Shown here: positions 61,501-64,000 of the stretch, one piece after another
How the letters are laid out: each line of letters begins with the position of its first letter
Numbering within the stretch: position 1 is the stretch's first letter
NCBI GenBank assembly: GCA_963674955.2
Contig: CAXXKR010000004.1
Location: forward strand, 1,017,804-1,081,803
Length of the DNA stretch: 64,000 nucleotides
Direction: 5' to 3'
Source: Desulfovibrionaceae bacterium
GTDB lineage: Bacteria; Desulfobacterota; Desulfovibrionia; Desulfovibrionales; Desulfovibrionaceae
Translations under genes and position numbers: made by a program
The notes under the pieces: generated by a model
Told to the model about the DNA's origin: nothing
What the model saw: only the letters and a program-made list of their open reading frames with translations
Database searches by the model: none

Positions 61501-62568
61501 ATGCCCATTCGTGTCCTTCACGCCGCCAATTCCCTAGGTCCGGGCGGAACGGAAAAGGTGATGCAGCTTTTCGCCGTGCATCTGGACCGGACTCAATTCC
61601 AGGCCGCAGTCTACTCTCCAAGGGACGGCGAACGCGGCTCCCTGATCAGAAAAGAAGGCATCCCGACATACATCTCCACCGATCTGCTCAAGGTCGTGGA
61701 GTCATTCAAGCCCCACGTCGTTCACCTGCACAGGGCGGGCTGGCCCGACCCGGAGCTGCTCTCCCCCCTGCGGGGAGCCGGAATACCCGTGGTCGTGGAA
61801 ACCAATGTCTTCGGGCGACACGACCCAAGCCCACTTGGAAGAATCATTGACCGCCACCTGTTCGTCTCCAACTTCTGCGCCGACAGATTCGAGCGGGAAA
61901 CCGGGATCAAGGCGGAAGCGCCGGAATACGGCGTACTCTACAACCCGGTGGACACCGACTTTTTCGCCCGGATTGCAGGCGACAGAAGAGACTTATCCCG
62001 CCCGGTCGTGGGCAGGATATCCAGGGCGGACCCCGGCAAGTGGTCGCGGCTGGCTTTGGACATTCTCCCAATCCTGGCCAGGGAAGTTCCCGGCTTTCGC
62101 TACCGCGTCATCGGCGCAATCCCCGAAGCACGCGAGTTCGTGATAAATCACGGACTGGAATCATCGGTATCCTTTCTCCCGCCCATACTCACGGACAATG
62201 AACTGGCGGAGTTCCTCAATTCCATTTCGGTCCTGGCCCATGCCAACGACACAGGGGAATCCTTCGGGCTGGTCATAGCCGAAGCCATGGCCGCGGGCCT
62301 GCCGGTGGTCACGCACCCCTGCCCCGGCCTGAGGGACAACGCCCAGCTGGAACTGGTGGAGCACGGCCGCACCGGTCTTGTGGCCGAGAACGCAACCGAC
62401 TACGCGGCAGCGGTGAGGCATCTTCTGGACAACCCGGAAGAGGCCGGGCGCATGGGGCAGGCCGGGAGGGAAAAAGCCCAAAAGCTTTTCCGCGCCCAGA
62501 CAATCGCCCGGCAGCTGGAACAAATCTACATTGACCTTCTCAAACTCAAAAAGGCGCAAGTATCCTGA
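61501..62568 (+). CDS. Glycosyltransferase family 4 (GT-B)
   Basis: The N-terminus is IRVLHAANSLGPGGTEKV. The C-terminal region ESFGLVIAEAMAAGLPVVTH ... GRTGLV carries the EX7E-type motif. The ORF extends to a GTG at 61486. Confidence 0.75.
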   Translation: MPIRVLHAANSLGPGGTEKVMQLFAVHLDRTQFQAAVYSPRDGERGSLIRKEGIPTYISTDLLKVVESFKPHVVHLHRAGWPDPELLSPLRGAGIPVVVETNVFGRHDPSPLGRIIDRHLFVSNFCADRFERETGIKAEAPEYGVLYNPVDTDFFARIAGDRRDLSRPVVGRISRADPGKWSRLALDILPILAREVPGFRYRVIGAIPEAREFVINHGLESSVSFLPPILTDNELAEFLNSISVLAHANDTGESFGLVIAEAMAAGLPVVTHPCPGLRDNAQLELVEHGRTGLVAENATDYAAAVRHLLDNPEEAGRMGQAGREKAQKLFRAQTIARQLEQIYIDLLKLKKAQVS

Positions 62569-63788
62569 TGCAAGACCTTAAATTAATTTTCGATTATTCC
62601 ACCGAAGTTCTCTCCTTTTCCTGGAAAAACAACGAGAAACCGACAACGATTCCACCCCTGTCGGGGAACCAGGAAAGGGCCGTTGAACGCACTCTCAAAA
62701 TCTTGGGCAAGAAAAAAGCCGACAACCTCGTGGTCTTCGGTTTGGGTTCAGGCGGCTTCGCCTCCGAGATGCAGGACAGGCTGCCCACGGACACGAACAT
62801 GTTCGTCTGTGAACTGGATACGCAAAAGGCCAAGGCCGTTTATGACGCAGGCCGCCTTTCATGGTGGAGCGGGACATCGTCCCGCCAACTCCTGGCCGAC
62901 TCTTCCCCATGGGCGCACCTGCACCTGCTGACCATGCTGGGAGTGGATGCGGGCAATTCCTGCCTGATCCTGAATCCGGAGGCCTCGCCCGAGGAAAAGG
63001 AACAGCTTCAAAACCTGCAACGGATGTTCCATCAAATCAGGATCAAAAACGCATTCAACAGTCCGCTGCTGAGCCATGTGGCCACCCAGCCTCCTTCCCT
63101 TGCCGCGGCAGCCATCCTCAGCCCGGACGAACCGAACCTGGACAGATTTTTCGATCAGTTTCCAGCCTGGCTGGAAGAGCTTGTGATCGTCTGGGACAGT
63201 CGGGAGATACCGGATGTCGACCTGAGAACTTCCATTCCCGTCCGGCAAATCGCCCGTCCCCTGGGCAATGATTTCGCCGCCCAGCGCAACGCCATGCTTG
63301 AAGCCTGCAAAGCCGACTGGATTATCTACCTGGATGGCGACGAGACCCTGTCCGACGATGTATGGGACCTGTTTCCCGGATTGCTCCTGGCAAAAATTTC
63401 CGCCTGCTACCTGCCGAGGACAACCTACTTCCCGGACGAGAAGCGGGTAAGGGTGGGGCTGGGACTTTGGCCTGATTTGCAGCTCAGGCTGTTCAAGAAC
63501 GCTCCGGGACTGAAATTCGAAAACACCGTGCACGAACGGCTGACCGGAGTGCGGGGAGCGGTGGGACTGCTCCTTGACGGCTCCATCCGCCACTGGAGCC
63601 ACCTGGACAAGAAGCCGGAGCAACTGAAGGAAAAGCTGGCCCTGTTCGATCAGGCGGGCAAGGGTTCCATAAGCCACACCCTGAGCAGCGACTATCCGAA
63701 CCTGCCTGCGGAATACTTCCCCGACCCCAACAGCATGGCCGGTGTCCTGCGCATCATGGTCCTGCCGGAGAACCCCGCAAAATCCTGA
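62568..63788 (+). CDS. Two-domain putative glycosyltransferase (Maf/DUF115-like N-terminus, GT2-like C-terminus)
   Basis: The N-terminal NLVVFGLGSGGFASEM region resembles motility-associated-factor/MptE-like folds. The C-terminal half has GT-A features (FAAQRNAMLEACKADWIIYLDGDE). The start overlaps the upstream stop. Confidence 0.5.
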   Translation: MQDLKLIFDYSTEVLSFSWKNNEKPTTIPPLSGNQERAVERTLKILGKKKADNLVVFGLGSGGFASEMQDRLPTDTNMFVCELDTQKAKAVYDAGRLSWWSGTSSRQLLADSSPWAHLHLLTMLGVDAGNSCLILNPEASPEEKEQLQNLQRMFHQIRIKNAFNSPLLSHVATQPPSLAAAAILSPDEPNLDRFFDQFPAWLEELVIVWDSREIPDVDLRTSIPVRQIARPLGNDFAAQRNAMLEACKADWIIYLDGDETLSDDVWDLFPGLLLAKISACYLPRTTYFPDEKRVRVGLGLWPDLQLRLFKNAPGLKFENTVHERLTGVRGAVGLLLDGSIRHWSHLDKKPEQLKEKLALFDQAGKGSISHTLSSDYPNLPAEYFPDPNSMAGVLRIMVLPENPAKS

Positions 63789-63869
63789 GCTTGTTGCGAA
63801 CCTTTTCCATCTAAAGTATTAGGCAAGTCAACGCCTGACGCGGAACTGAAGGAAAGCAACGAGGACCAT

Positions 63870-64000
63870 ATGCTCATAACCTGCCCAGAATGCAATTTCA
63901 CCCGGGATGTCCGGGACGACAAGCTTCCCGAAAGGGCGCAGGTCGCCACCTGCCCCAAATGCAAGCACAAGTTCAAGTTCCGCGACCTTCCGCCCGAAGC
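63870..64000 (+). CDS. MJ0042-type zinc-ribbon protein, N-terminal part (runs off window)
   Basis: Manual translation from ATG 63870 gives MLITCPECNFTRDVRDDKLPERAQVATCPKCKHKFKFRDLPPE. This shows the CPxC...CPxC zinc-ribbon pattern. Confidence 0.5.
   Translation, partial: MLITCPECNFTRDVRDDKLPERAQVATCPKCKHKFKFRDLPPE

Noticed and set aside
61486-61502. TGGCAC at the start of the GT4 ORF as a fourth sigma-54 promoter.
   Set aside because: The downstream GC dinucleotide is not at the required GG-N10-GC spacing, and there is no TTGC at -12. The word overlaps the likely coding start.
1-64000. CRISPR arrays, transposases, integrases, prophage or defence-island signatures.
   Set aside because: I saw no repeat-spacer arrays. 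No ORF has transposase, integrase or phage hallmarks. The window is dominated by conserved core genes.

Overview
This is a GC-rich chromosomal window. Gene content suggests a Desulfovibrio-like sulfate reducer (Thermodesulfobacteriota), but that is inference only. Most of it is conserved housekeeping DNA flanked by flagellar clusters.

Layout:
- 1-9.9 kb, minus strand: flagellar operons flgF-flgG-flgA-flgH-flgI-flgJ(rod-binding) and flgN-flgK-flgL-csrA.
- 10.2-20.7 kb, plus strand: tRNA-Gly(CCC)-rimP-nusA-ylxR-infB-DUF503-rbfA-nrnA-truB-rpsO-pnp.
- 21-30 kb, minus strand: a mixed block holding a Memo-like protein, a giant TPR protein, a domain-minimal sigma-54 activator, an FAD oxidoreductase, an orphan rod-family protein, and methyltransferase-nikR-folE2.
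- 30.4-35 kb: gcvH-gcvPA-gcvPB-lpd.
- 35-43.4 kb: a ClC channel, an uncharacterised ParB-like / SPL-like radical SAM / hypothetical operon, an EF-G paralogue and plsC.
- 43.4-52.9 kb: a frameshifted RNase J, then rpsB-tsf-pyrH-frr-uppS-cdsA-dxr-rseP-tsaB.
- 52.9-55.6 kb: an isolated dnaA with a 0.4 kb AT-rich upstream region, then thyX.
- 58-64 kb: fliC-fliD-fliS plus glycosyltransferases.

No CRISPR array, transposase or integrase was seen.

Most notable findings:
1. An unannotated 71-codon glutaredoxin-like gene at 20775-20990 has two in-frame TGA codons, each followed by a hairpin at SECIS spacing. It is a putative double-selenocysteine protein.
2. The RNase J gene is broken by two compensating 1-nt frameshifts.
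3. A tightly coupled ParB-like / SPL-like radical SAM operon has no known function.
4. Asp-box (SxDxGxTW) motifs lie in the insert domains of FlgK and FlgL.
5. There are clear sigma-54 promoters before flgF, flgN and fliD, and a sigma-28 promoter before fliC followed by a CsrA-type leader.
6. dnaA lacks dnaN, and the orientation of its neighbours argues against a local origin.
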